From NCBI RefSeq assembly GCF_009914755.1, contig NC_060932.1: a stretch of 64,000 bases of DNA; one strand, 5' to 3'. The DNA is from the human T2T-CHM13v2.0 reference genome, Homo sapiens. The notes under the pieces are model-generated. The model ran no database searches. It was not told the origin of the DNA and saw nothing but the letters and a program-made list of their open reading frames with translations. Position 1 is the first letter of the stretch. Each line of letters opens with the position of its first letter. Positions 15,361 to 32,655 of this stretch are shown piece by piece. The translations under genes and the position numbers were made by a program.

Positions 15361-16057
15361 TTTGATGGTTGTATGGTTTTTTAAATATAGACAACTCTTG
15401 TTAATTTGTACCAATGAACTAGGGATGATGAACTTGTGTGATGCTCAATAATCCTTTACACTTGGTTTGACCTTCCTTATTGAATTTGTAACAAAAAGCA
15501 AAATACTAAAGCCATACCGGAAGGTGTAGTTTGGGAAGAAAGGGAAAGCTGCTCACCTGCTGCATTCCTGTACTCTCCTTTGTGCTGGGAATGAACATCG
15601 TCATTTTGCCATAGAGCTGTCTTCTTTGCAAACACCTTATAATTGCTCAGCTGGTCTGGAGTTATGGGAAGGAAAGCCTGTCTGTGTAGAAGTGAAGTTT
15701 CAGCAGTGGTTTGCCAAGTCCTGAGATCAGAATTTCTTTCTTGGCAGTGGTTCGCCAAGTCCTGAGATCAGAATTTTGTTTTTGAGATGAATATAAAAGC
15801 ACCTAAAGGTCAAAGAAAATGTTCTTCCTATGATAAGGAACTTAAGACCTTTGCTTTATAAGTGTAGATGACCACTCCCCTCTGAAAGGGAGGGAGAAAG
15901 AATGTTGCTTTAATTCCTTTCCCCTGGCCGATCTCTTTTTTTCTTCTCCGGGCATGGTCCAACACATGCATGAGGCCTCCCGGGGGACTGGCCTGCCTAC
16001 AGCCCAGAGGCTGGTTTACGGCGGCATGCCTCACTCTGCCATCTTCGATCCTTCCCT
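15361..16057 (-). pseudogene. OIP5-AS1: Retrocopy, probably of the 5' ~700 nt of lncRNA OIP5-AS1 (Cyrano)
   Basis: 11-bp TSD tatataatttt at 15350-15360 and 16058-16068 with TT/AAAA L1 endonuclease site; minus strand begins ...CGAAGATGGCAGAGTGAG and later CGGCCAGGGGAAAGGAATTA, resembling recalled OIP5-AS1 5' sequence; parent identity from memory only. Confidence 0.72.
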
Positions 16058-16542
16058 TATATAATTTTAACATATCAAATAAGCCAAATGTCTCTCTTGG
16101 ACTTCAGGGGACTTAGTATCTAAAAGCTTAATGAGTTCAATAGGGCTGAATTTAGAACTTGAAATTTTGATTTTTGGAAAGTTTGTCAAATATCAAAGAT
16201 TTCACACACTTGATATTGCAAAATAGGATCACAGGTCATTCATTTAGCCAAAGTGATAACTCAAAAAATTTCAAAAGGGAAAAACCTTTACTCTGATAGA
16301 GAGGGGACTCAGCTTTTCAAACAAAACCCAAGAAAGACAACATGAGGCCAGCTGAATCTGTCTCTTCTTTCTCCCTGCTTTTTTCTTTTTTCTTGCCGTT
16401 TATTCAAAAGGCAAACAAAAATCTTTCACTATCTCTCAATATTGCATAAAAGTCTTGTTCAAAATAGAAAACAAAAAATTTTCCTTTGTATTAGTGTATA
16501 TTAATGTTAAACTCAATTTTTAATAAACTCAATTTTTAATAA

Positions 16543-16998
<456 letters not shown>

Positions 16999-17526
16999 TA
17001 ACCTGAATTCTCCACTCCAATTAACTGACCTACTGGGGCTCTTGAACAGAGTTCTAATCCCTGCTCTGTCATTAACTCACTGTCTGATAAATGCTGTCTT
17101 CCTTCTGGCTCTTGGTCTGCTCACCCACAAATTAGGAGTGGTACTGGGAAGGGAGGGGGTAGACGCCTCCCCTAGGTCCTTTTCGGATCTAACATTCTGT
17201 CAATCTGTGACTAGATGAGATCAAAGGGCCTTCCTTTCCAACTCTACACTTTGATCAGCAATTTACATTTTCATGGGTTTTGTCTTGTTTCTTCAATTGT
17301 CCTTGAGCTTATTAAAGACAAGTCTATCTCTTTGTATCCCCCTCAAGAATATCCTGCTAGCATCGTTGCTCCAGAAATGTGTGTTGATTTTCTGGGTTAT
17401 CACTTAAAATGCTATACATTAATAATATCTCCATTCTTATTATTTGAAATAGGTCGATTAAGCCAGTTTCTTTTAGAACAAGGAATAGAAATTGAAATGC
17501 TTGTGCTGAACTGGAACAATTGGGAA

Positions 17527-17790
17527 CATTTGGGAGGCTGAGGCAGGCAGATTACTTGAGTCTAGGAGTTCAAGACCAGCCTGGGCAACATGGCAATATC
17601 CCGTGTCTACAAAAAAATGCAAAAAAATTAGCTGTGCGTGGTGGTGCACACCGGTGGTCCCGCTACTCGGGAGGCTGAATTGGGAGGATCATCTAAACCT
17701 GGGAAGTTGAGGTTGCAGTGAGCTATGATCGTGCCACTCTACTCTAGCCTGGGTGATGGAATGAGACTCTGTCTCAAAAGAAAAAAAAGA
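17527..17790 (+). mobile_element. AluJ, 5' truncated
   Basis: Dimer missing first ~35 nt. Confidence 0.85.
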
Positions 17791-17969
17791 ACAATTGTAA
17801 ACAATTCTTGATCTTAGCATTAGGTCCTTAATAGATCTAATTTATGCAATCTATATATCACTGACATACATATAAATATTATTAGCAACTTGAAGAATAA
17901 AAGTATCTGTTTTTAGAAATGAAGACATTGGGGATGACAAAGTTCAAACTTTTTATTTTATAGATTTCC

Positions 17970-18132
17970 TTTTTTTTTTTTTTTTTTTTTCTGAGACAGG
18001 GTCTTGCTGTGTCACCCAGGCTGGAGTGCAGTAGCGCGATCTTGGCTCACTGCAGCCTCCCGAGTTCAAGTGATTCTCGTGCCTCTGCCTCCCAAGTAGC
18101 TGGATTACAGGTGTGAGCCACTGCGCCTGGCC
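17970..18132 (-). mobile_element. Monomer-length Alu (left/right arm recombinant)
   Basis: Right-arm 3' part joined to left-arm 5' part; TSD 'tttatagattt'. Confidence 0.8.
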
Positions 18133-18267
18133 TTTACTTTATAGATTTAGAAAATCAAGTTCTACAGTTTAAGATTTGTCTGAGAGAAAATAGATAAAAT
18201 TTAAAATTTGATAAAATTTTAAATAGATAAAAATTTAAAAATGAAATTAAAGAAATGACCTTTTGGG

Positions 18268-18460
<193 letters not shown>

Positions 18461-18828
18461 TAGTAATATAATTCCTCCCTCCCAACCTTTTTTTTTTAGG
18501 GAGGGAGGGAGTTGGATTTAAATATCAAATTTTGTTAAAGGAAGATTTAGCTTAGCTAATGTCACAGCCATTCATTGCCTTGTTCTTTATCTTAAAATGG
18601 GACAATTACCCCTGGTTTTTGCCCATCTCTCAGTGATTATGAAGATTTGATTATGAAGTGTATGAAAATTTCATTCATACATATCTAAATTCATGAATTT
18701 TGCCAAATCTATGTATCACCTCTATTATTATTTACTTATTACTTTTATAGCCACATGACACATAATGATGTTTTGATCAGTGATGGATCACATATACGAT
18801 GGTGGTACCGTAAGATTATAATAGAGCT

Positions 18829-19483
<655 letters not shown>

Positions 19484-20123
19484 CTATACTTTTAATCATT
19501 ATTTTAGAAGTAGTCCTTCTACATATATCTTTAGAAAGTTAATTGTAAAAGAGCCTCAGGCAGGTCTTCAGAGGTATTCCTGAAGAAGGCATTGTTATCC
19601 TAGGAGATGAGAGCTCCATGTATGTTATTGCCCCTGAAAATTTTCCAGTGGGACAGGATGTGGATGTGGAAGACAGTGATATTGATGATCCTGACCCTGT
19701 GTAGGTCTAGGCCAATAGGTGCGTTTGTGCCTTCATTTTTAACAAAAAAGTTTACAAAGTAAAACACTTTAAAAATAGAAAGAAGCTTATAGAATAAGAA
19801 TATAAAGAAAATATTTTTGTATAGCTGTACAATGTGTTTGAAGCTAAGTGTTATTATAAAAGAATCAAAAGTTAAAAAATTAAAAAGTTTATAAAGTAAA
19901 AATGTTTCAGTAAGCTAAGGTTAACTTTTTATTGAAGAAAGAAAATATGTTTTTATAAATTTAGTGTAGCCTAAATGTACAGTGTTTATAAAGTCTACAA
20001 GAGTGTACAGTGATGTCCTAGGCCTTCACAGTCACTCACCATTCACTCACTGACTCACCCAGAGAAACTTCAAGTCCTTCAAGCTCCATTCACAAGTCTA
20101 CCATTTTTTTATCTTTTATACTA

Positions 20124-20418
20124 TTTTTTTTTTTTTTGAGACGAAGTCTTGCTCTGTCACCTAGGTTGGAGTGCTGTGGCCTGATCTCGGCTCACTGCAA
20201 CCTTCACTTCCCGGGTTCAAGCAATTCTTCTGCCTCAGCCTCCTGAGTGGCTGGGGTCACAGGTGTGCACCACCACGCCCTGCTGATTTTTGTATTTTTA
20301 GTAGAGATGGGGTTTCACCATATTGGCTAGTTCAGTCTTGAACTCCTGACCTCAGGTGATCCACCTGCCTCGGCTTCCCAAAGTGCTGGGATTACAGGTG
20401 TGAGCCACTGTGCCCAGC
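20124..20418 (-). mobile_element. AluS
   Basis: Dimer within Tigger3. Confidence 0.9.
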
Positions 20419-20555
20419 ATACTGTATTTTTATTGTACCTTTTTCATGTTTAGGTAAGTTTAGATACACAAGTACTTACCATCTTGTGACAATCACCTAC
20501 AGTCAGTACAGTAATATGCTGTATAGGTTAGTAGTTTAGAAGCTATAGGCTATAC

Positions 20556-20935
20556 CAGCAGCCCTAACATTTTTGGCACCAGGGACCAGTTTCACGGGAG
20601 ACAATGTTTCCACAAATGGGGTGGGGTGAGGGGATGGTTTTGGGATGAAACTGTTCCACCTCAGATCATCAGGCATTAGATGCTTGTAAGGAGTGCACAA
20701 CCTAGATCCCTCGCATGCACAGTTCACAAGAGGGTTTGCACACCTATGAGAATCCAATGCTGCTGCTGATCTGACAGGAGATGGAGCTCAGGAGATAATG
20801 CAAGCAATGGGGAGAGGCTGTAAATACAGATGAAGCTTTGCTTGCTTACCTGCTGCTCATTCCCTGCTATGTGGCCCAGTTTGTAACAGGCCATGGACCA
20901 GTACCTGTCCACGATACAGGGGTTGGGGACCCCTG
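20556..20935. mobile_element. MER1B-like hAT-Charlie MITE
   Basis: 'tttttggcaccagggaccagtttc...ggggttggggacccctg'; perfect 8-bp TSD ggctatac at 20548-20555 and 20936-20943. Confidence 0.9.
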
Positions 20936-21259
20936 GGCTATACCTTACAGCCTAGGTGTGTAATAGCCTATATACCATGTAGGTTTGTGTAAGTACATTC
21001 TATGATGTTCACACAATGGCAAAATTGCCTAAAGGCACATTTCTCAGAACATATCCCCATAATTAAGGGATATATGACTGTAGTTAAACTGATCACCATT
21101 TTATTTAAATAATTTATGTAAAGTTACACTAAAATCTGTAACAATTTAAATAAAATATATTTCTTCATAGGCCACCTAGGAAACACTGGTATAGTGGAAA
21201 TAAATGCATTTGAGTTGAAGAATCAGAAGACTTGGATTTAAATCATAGCTTTGCTTTTT

Positions 21260-21611
21260 TTTTTAAGTTTTATTTTAAGGTCGGGGTACAAGTGCAGGTT
21301 TGTTGCATCGGTAAACTTGTGTCATGGGGGTTTGTTGTACAGATTAGTTCATCACCCAGGTGTTAAACCTAGTACCCATTAGTTATTTTTCCTGATCCTC
21401 TCCCTCCTCTCCCACTTCATCCTCCAAATGGTCCCGGTGTGTGTTGTTCCCCTCTATGTGTCCACGTGTTCTCATCATTTAGCTCCCATTTGTAAGTGAG
21501 AACATACAGTATTTGGTTTTCTGTTCCTGTGTTAGTTTGCTAAGGATAATGGCCTTTGGCTCCATCCATCTCCTTACAAAGGACATGATCTTGTTCTTTT
21601 TTATGGTTTCA
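21260..21611 (-). mobile_element. Older L1PA 3' end inserted in a MIR
   Basis: Antisense L1PA 3'UTR; TSD agctttgcttttt at 21247-21259 and 21612-21624. Confidence 0.88.
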
Positions 21612-22325
21612 AGCTTTGCTTTTTGCTAGTCAGGTGATTTTGAGGAAGTAATCTTGGTTTCTTTACATTGAAATTATGACCATAATACATAAGTTATAGT
21701 GTTGTCATGGTGATAAATAGGATCACGTATGTGAACGCACTTTGAAAAAGTTAGGACAATGCACATTATTAGTTGTTATTGTTAAACAAAGAGAAAATTA
21801 GTGTGTTGGGAGGAGAAAGTACTATTGTTTTAATAGTAGTTTATTCAGAAGGATAGAAGGTGTAGAAAATATCTATATTTTAAGGAATGGATATACAAAA
21901 ATGTATTATTGTATTAGGTGGATCAGAAAATGGAAGAATAGTTAATCAAATACTGCAAAAAGACAGGGAGCAAAATCCACCTAAATTTTCTTGATAAAAA
22001 GAGCATTCTTAGTATAGGTCCAACATAAAATTGTGACAAGTTTATGTGAAGTTGAAAAAATATAATTTCAAGTATTATAAACTTAATTATATATATCAAT
22101 CAAAAGTTATCTTAACAGTAATTAATGTTTTATATATTTCATTACAATCATTAATTCTCTCCTAATACTGATATAATTTCTTAATTGATCTCTGGTGTCT
22201 AATGTAAACCATGTTAAGGCTCCTGAATATGTGTTACTTAATTGCAAAGTGTATGAATAATAAAAACTACAGCTCCTCAGAATCAAACCATGTTTATTAA
22301 CGAAAGCTCTTTGAAACATATTCCA

Positions 22326-22621
22326 GGCTGGGTGCAGTGGCTCACGCCTGTAATCCCAACACTTTGGGAGGCTGAGTCGGGTGGATAGCTTGAGTCCAGG
22401 AGTTCGAGACCAGCCTGGGTAACACAGCGAGACCCTCTCCCTACAAAAAATACAAAAATTAGCCTGGCATGGTGACATGTGCCTGTAGTCCCAGGTACTC
22501 AAGAGGTTGAGGTGGGAGGATGACTTGAACCTGGGAGGCAGAGTTGGCAGTGAGTCGAGATTGTGCCATTGCATTCCAGCCTGGGTGACACAATGAGACC
22601 CTGCCTCCAAAAAAAAAAAAA
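22326..22621 (+). mobile_element. AluJ
   Basis: Dimer; TSD gaaaca(t/c)attcca. Confidence 0.9.
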
Positions 22622-23144
22622 GAAACACATTCCAACGCTTCTTCACCATCTTTATTCCCTTGACTACCTGCTATGCCCTCTTATTCTTGCTAGGGATTTC
22701 ACCTTCAACTTCATAAACTAGTGATCAACTGAGCCACTGTCAACTTCCTGTCCCCAAATTACCACACCTGAACTGCCTTCCCTTTGCCCTGGACCGATGG
22801 AGGGGGTGTGTCTCCATTCTGGGTTCTGAACTTTGTGCTCACTGTGTCTTCTGCACTCTCTGTGACTCCAGTCTTGCCCTGTCTGTCAGCTTTTCGCATC
22901 AACATTAAACACTTTCGCAACTTCCCCTGGCCACAGGTTCCCGTCTAGCACAGCCTTGACTCTTTCTATCCCTTGTGGCCAAATGTGTCCTGTCCAAAGA
23001 ACTCTATTCCTAATGTCCTATTTTGTCATCCTTTGCATCCTTTACTTTCCAATTCAGTCTCCATATTTCTGTTTCCTGAGAATATTGTCTTCCCCCACCC
23101 AAAGTATAATCCATAAACATTTTTACATACTCTTAAAGAAACTC

Positions 23145-23442
23145 TGGCTATGTGCAGTGGTTCATGTCTGTAATCTCAGCACTTTGGGAGGCTGAGATGG
23201 GAGGATCACTTGAGCCCAGGAGTTTGAGACTAGCCTGGGCAACATAGGGAGATGTTGTCTCTACACACACACAAAAAATTAGTCAGACATGGTGGTGCAC
23301 GCCTGTGGTCTTAGCTACTTGGGAGGCTATGGTGGAAGGATCACTTGTGCCTGGAAGATTGAGGCTGCAGTGAGCAGTCATCGTGCCAATGCACTACAGC
23401 CTGGGCAACAGTGCAAGATGCTATCTCAAAAAAAAGAAAAAA
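23145..23442 (+). mobile_element. AluJ
   Basis: Dimer. Confidence 0.88.
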
Positions 23443-23586
23443 AGAGTTTCCAAATCCTCAAAATTTAAAAAGTATTTTAAAAAAGCATAATAAAAGAAAA
23501 TAATATATAAAATCTTCCTGTTAATACCTCTGTATAAATCGTTCACATGCTCCATTTCCCCTCACATGCCTTTTTCATGTGGGTAG

Positions 23587-23888
<302 letters not shown>

Positions 23889-24677
23889 TAATTCCACTCT
23901 AGGAAACAAGCATAGCCTGGTTCCCAAAACAAGTGGACTGGGATCAAGAGGTTACCTGAGAGAACTTTGCCTTAGTTATTTGGGTACTTTATTCATACTA
24001 AGATTAAAAAAGACTTCCATGCTACTAAATCTAATGTACACTTCAATCTGGATTTAAATCTCGATGTCTTAGTAATGTTTGACACAGCCGATCACCCCTT
24101 CATGACCTCTCTTCTGTCCCTGGTTTTGTGGTGTGTCCTTCTGGTGATCTGTCTACTGTGGTTTATCTCCTCAGTCTCCTCCAATGGTTCTTCCTCCTGT
24201 ACTGTTTATTACATGCTGGGGTTCCTAAGGGCTCCATCCTGAGTTCCTCTGTTCTTGTCACTCTGCAAATGCTTCTTAGGTGATCCCATTTACTCTTGAG
24301 ACTCCCATTACCATCTTCATGCTGGTGATTCTTAAATTGATTACTCCAGCAAAGACTTTTCTTAGACCTTCATCACTGTCTATCCAGTGGTCAACTGGAC
24401 ATGTTCACAGCATGTGTCATAATAGACATGCAAAGCTCAGGATTTTCTTTTTGTTTCTTTTTTTTCTTTCTTCTTCTTTTTTTTTAAACCAAAAACAATG
24501 TCTTGTCCATGCAGAAAAGATGAAAATGGTTACTTCATTTCAATTTACAATGTCCCAATATTATTTTATCCCATGCATATAACTGCTTGTATCATTATGA
24601 GACTATAGCAGCAAATAAATGGGAAGAAGCTCAATATTTTCTAAAATGGAAATTCTTACTTTCTTCAGTGTCCTACA

Positions 24678-25058
<381 letters not shown>

Positions 25059-25282
25059 TGACTTTTCCTTGACTACTTGATGGCTTCCGATTCCTTACTG
25101 TGCCCCCTCCCCATTAATTAATCACCAAGTCTTTCCCATTCTATCTCCTAAATACATCTTCAACCCATTTGCCTCTCTGTATCATCGTCACCACAACCAT
25201 CATCTCTCAAGCAGACTGCTGTGAAAACTTCTTACCCTCCCATTAAAGCACATTTGATTATGTTGATTCTCTCCTTATACTC

Positions 25283-25584
<302 letters not shown>

Positions 25585-25803
25585 TCTTCTTACACTCTTT
25601 AAAGGTTTCTTGTTGCCTTTAGGATAAAAACCCAAATCCTTAAGACCTATGAGACTCTGTGTGATCATCCCTCTGCCTAGTTGTTGAGGTTTAACATATC
25701 TCATTCCACCTCCCATTCTTTCTGTTCCAGAAACTGGCCTCTCAGTTCTTTCCATAAGAAGCCACTCTTCTTCCATCTTGGAATTTTGCCTGGAATATAT
25801 TAG

Positions 25804-26479
<676 letters not shown>

Positions 26480-26774
26480 TGAACTCTCACCCACAGTTTG
26501 TACTCCTTCTCAGCTTTATAAGTTATATTTGTATAACTCTTCAATTTTCCTGCTGCTAATCTCTATGCCCCATGGGGGCAATGAACTTATTGTGCCTGAC
26601 ACACAATAGGCATAGAATAAATAATCGGTGAAGCAATAGTTAAATTTTCAGAAATCTTTTACTTCCAGCTATTAACATATTTAATATTTACTTACAACAA
26701 TAGATCTGAATAACTCTTTTCATTAATTAGGTTGCATTAATTGCAAGTGTGATTTTTTTTAATTTTCAAAATTA

Positions 26775-26914
26775 ATTTTTTTTTTTTTTTTTTTTTTAGA
26801 GATGGGATTTTGTTATGTTGACGGGGCTGGTCTTGAACTCCCAGCCTCAAGTGGTCCTCCTGCCTCAGCCTCTCAAAGTGCTGGGATTACAGGTATGAGC
26901 CACTGCACCCCGCC
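26775..26914 (-). mobile_element. FLAM
   Basis: Left monomer. Confidence 0.82.
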
Positions 26915-27131
26915 TGATTTTTTTTTTAACTTTTGACCAATAAAATAAATTATTTGAAGGTTTAAAAATTTTGTATTTTTCCCCCTAGACTTTCTGTCTT
27001 TATATAGAGATGGTAAGAAAAACCTTCTACTTTGGGCGCTATAATTTAATTAATAATATAGCTGTCATTTATTAGATACTTGCTATTTTCCAGGGATAGT
27101 CCTCAGTGCACAGTGTGTATTAGTTAATTTA

Positions 27132-27446
<315 letters not shown>

Positions 27447-27891
27447 TTATGAAGTAGTTATTATTTTCACCCTTGCACTGGAGTGTAATTTTATCGCTTT
27501 GTTCATTGCTCCAAGGGCAGCATGAAGGAGGCCTCTGTCTGTTGCTGACATACCTCTTCATTGGGTCATATTTTACAGTTAGTTACACTAGATTCTGCCA
27601 TGACAGGAACTTTTTCCTGGCTCGTGCAGACAGCTCTCAGGCCTCACTGCCAGAGGATTGTTTCCCGTCATGTGCTGTCTCTTGCATCACAGCTTCTTCT
27701 CCGGTGGCTTTGGCTCCATCTTATTTCGTGACTGCCAGAGGAATTTATCTGGTCATGCATTGCCCTTGATGTCACAGTAGCCAGTCCCTGTGATTTCTTT
27801 GAATATGGTGGTTCTTCTAAAGGTGTTCAGAAAGGAGAATACTGCAGGGGACCTGCACTTGGCTCCTATCCCGAATCCTCTTGGGGCATAA

Positions 27892-28423
<532 letters not shown>

Positions 28424-30115
28424 TGAACCTACCTTTTAGGATGAGTAAAATTTGGACAAATAGAAGGGAGCAAAAAGATATTCTAGGCTGGGGACAGCAG
28501 CATGCACCAAGGCGTAGAGTTAGGAGTGAGCATATAAGAAGATAAAATAAGTCAAGAGTGATTCTAAGATGCAATATTTTTGGGGGTCACGAAATGAGAA
28601 ATTGGAAGATGAGCTAACTTGCAGAACAATGGAGAGTTTAATTTTGGACTCATGAATTAGCATTTCCTATGGAATGTCCAAGCAGAGAGTAGTCAGAGTT
28701 GCAGACAAGATTTAAATTTAGGCAAGAAGGCAAGAGCTGGAAAGGTATACACAGTAGACATGAGAAAGAGCTGTACCTTAATGTAAAGGCTTAGAGAAAA
28801 GAGGAAACATGTTTAATGAAGATGTGTTCAATAAACAGAATAAATGAAGGAAGAAATGGAAGGAAGAAAGAAGGAAAGGAGGAGAGAGAGAAAAGAAAAG
28901 AAAACGGTTGGATGTGTGAATGAAGAGAGAAAAGAATAAAATTGTGGCCATGTGGCATCATGGAAGCCCAGGGAGGAGAAAGTTCAAAGAAAGGAAGAGC
29001 TGTCAAATAGCATCCAATAGCAATTTAAGATATATATTTCTAGTTGGAAGGCAGAGGAAGACATCCAATTAAAGATAGTCCAAAAGTAGCATTAGGACAT
29101 GGAGGCGGCTGTTATATAAAAATTTTGAAAGTAAGACAAAGATGCCCATTATCACTGCTATTATTTTACATTGATTTGAAACTTCTAATTCAATGCATAA
29201 GTACAAGAGAAAGAGGTATAATTATTGAAAACAAACAAAACAAATGAGCAAAACATTAACTCTTTGTAAATCATATTATCCTCTACCGACAAATTACCCC
29301 AAAGATGTAAGTTTTTTAAAAAACTATTAAAACAAAAAAAATTGACTCAAATTAATTTAAATGTTTACTACAACTAATCAAAATCGCAATTCACTCTTGT
29401 GGTGACTTGACAGACCAATTCTAAGTAACAGCAAGGTTAGAAGGCTGGATCCTGTAGACAGCGGTGGTAAGAAACTCTTTTTGGTGAGGTAATCAAAAGA
29501 TTTTAGGAAAGGAATGTTAATATTCAAGTCTCATATATTCAGTATAAAAACCCCCTCCATTTTCCCAGACATTCAGTAAGATCTGCTAAATACAGAAATG
29601 TCTTCTGTGGCAGTTTCAGGGGAGGAAAATCAAACAAAAAGGATGGTCTCCGGCCTTTGGATTGGTTGAGAAAAAAGCAACTTGCAAAGATGAGACACAG
29701 TTAAATTCAGTGGAATCAGAACCGGGGGTCAGAAATGACCAGGAGATTGTAAACCCTTGGGAATTTGAAGAAATCTTAGAGAATGAATTGCAACCCCAGT
29801 GAAATATGGGAAAGGCCTCAAGCCAACCTTTTCTAAATCTTAAAGTTCAGGGTAAAATTTCAGTTGGCATATCAGTTACCTATGTGGAAGTTGTAAATTT
29901 TTTAGAAATCTCTAGAGAAAAGACAAAATATTAGTAGCACATATGTCTATAATATTAAATTATCAATGATTTTATTCTTTATACTTTTCTGAGTTTTCTG
30001 AATTTTCTATAATGGGCATGCATTCTTTTATAAGAAAAGTCTGTTAGTAAAAAAAGAGAAGAAGGTAAAGCTGGGCATAGTGGTGCTCGCCTATAGTAAA
30101 AAATAGTTATTATGA

Positions 30116-30448
<333 letters not shown>

Positions 30449-30854
30449 TGAATGGAAGGCAGGGTCAAATAAAGGTTTTCAAGTTTGCTCGCTTGGGGAT
30501 TTCTAGGAGGGCCACAGTAAATGACTCATCGTCAGTCAGTTATGCATCATGATTCTCACTTTATATGCTTTGCTGTCATTTTAGAACCAAGCACCCAGGG
30601 TGATCAGTGGATCTCTTCCCACTGATACCTCCCTCTTCTGACGCCACACACAAACCACACCAATTATACACTCTCTTGAAATGTTGTCTAGTTGTTTCAT
30701 GTGCTTAAATATTAAAAAAAATTTTCTCATGGACTGCCCATGTGCTGAAATATTATTTTGCTAACTAGGTTATAAATGTATGTATAAACATGTCATGGCT
30801 TATATTTCTGTTGATTTTTCCTGTGACTCCTAATAATTAGCTAATCTATGTGGT

Positions 30855-31181
30855 TATTTATTTATTTATTTATTTATTTATTGAGACAGGGTCTCACTCT
30901 GTTGCCCAGGCTGGAGGACAGTGGCATGATCTGCAGCCTCTGCCTCCCAGGTTCAAGCAATTCTCCTGCCTTAGCTGAGTAGTGGGGACTACAGCTACAG
31001 TTCCGAGTAGCTGGGACTACAGGTGCCCACCACCACACTGGGCTAATTTTTGTATTTTTTAGTAGAGACGGGGGTCTCGCCATGTTGGCCAGGCTGGTCT
31101 CAAACTCCTGGCCTCAAGTGATCTGCCTGCCTCGGCCACCCAAAGTGCTAGGATTACAGGCGTGAGCCACAGTGCCCAGCC
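30855..31181 (-). mobile_element. Alu with a small internal duplication
   Basis: 'gagtag..gggactacag' occurs twice at ~30977-31022. Confidence 0.88.
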
Positions 31182-32367
31182 TGGCCGTAATAACTCTTAA
31201 AGACCATATTCACATAAACTATGTTAGCATGGGCTTCCAATTTTTCATAAGATCTCCTCCACGAGGCAGCCTAGGAAGATGCCTACTGTAGTTAATCAAA
31301 TTATGCTTGATGAACTGATGGTAGGTTGATATTAGTTCCTTATTGCTGTAGAGCTATGGAATTGTATTTTACATTGATATCTGTATTTAGAGCTATAGAG
31401 TTGTATTTTTATCAAATTAGTGCCTTTCTGTGTAAGTTCCTTGCAGGCATTCACGTTTGTATTCTCCTGCACCTATTGTAATGCTTAGCACATAGCAATA
31501 TCTCTAATAAATGTTTGGAGGCAATGACCTCATTTGGCTTCCAAACAACTCAGCAAGATAGTTAAATACAAATAATGATAAAAATATAACAAGAATTAAG
31601 TACTAATTGAATACTTCTGTGTGGCAGGCATTATGTTGAGCATGTCATATGGAATATTTCATTCACTCCTTACTTATTCTGAAAGAGGTAGGGCTCTGAT
31701 TATTTCAGTTTATGGATGGGGAAACAGGATCTTAGAAAAGTTAGCTGGTTTGAGCAGTGTCTATGTAAGAAGTTGCAGAGCTGGGAGAAGAACTGGGGTC
31801 TTCTCATGAGAAAATCAGGGCTCTTCCTATTATCTTCTACCTTTCATAAAACCAGGTTTTGCCTCAATATTTGAGATTCTCATTTTTCTCAACTGGGAAA
31901 AAAAGCTGAGTTTCTTAGAATAAAATATAAGAAGCCTAAAATATGTAATAAAAGCACTCTGCTCAGTACAAAGGGATTAACTATTTAATGCCAGTGTCAG
32001 CCACCACAAAACAAATGAAAACTTTATGCCAATAGAGTATGACTTTAATTGGGAAACTGACTTTCTGGATTACTAAATTTAGGGAAAAAAGAGTTTGATT
32101 CTGGTTTGAGCCAGTTCATGGTAGAGATCATTCAGCCTATGCCCTAACACCACATCTTTACAAAATGCTGTCAAATTTATCTCTATATTTAAAGTGTTCA
32201 GGCCATACTTATTAAGTTGGTTAGCTATGAAGCCGACTGGGGCAACTCCAAACCACATCAACTGAATTATGCCTTTGTTCCCTAGGCATTCTGAACTGGT
32301 TGTTTAGATCACTTTTTATTACTCTTTAGTAGAAATTCAGGGTGAGCATGGAAACAAGTATGTATCT

Positions 32368-32369
32368 GT

Positions 32370-32400
<31 letters not shown>

Positions 32401-32655
32401 GAGACAGAGTCTCACTCCATCACCCAGGCTGCAGTGCAGCGGAGTGACCTCAGCTCAAGCAATTCTCCTGCCTCAGCCTCCCGAGTAGCTGGGACAACAG
32501 GCACCCACCACCACATCCGACTAATTTTTGTATTTTAGTAGAGATGGGGTTTCACCATGTTGGCCAGGCTGGTCTCGTACTCCTGACCTCAGGTGATCTG
32601 CCCATCTTGGCCTCCCAAAGTGCTGGGATTACAGGCATGAGCCACCGCACCTGGC
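32368..32655 (-). mobile_element. AluS with (GTTTT)n tail
   Basis: Dimer; TSD tggaaacaagtatgta. Confidence 0.9.

Noticed and set aside
16508-16539. 16-bp tandem duplication taaactcaatttttaa (similar small one near 45631-45664)
   Set aside because: Ordinary slippage duplication inside decayed repeats.
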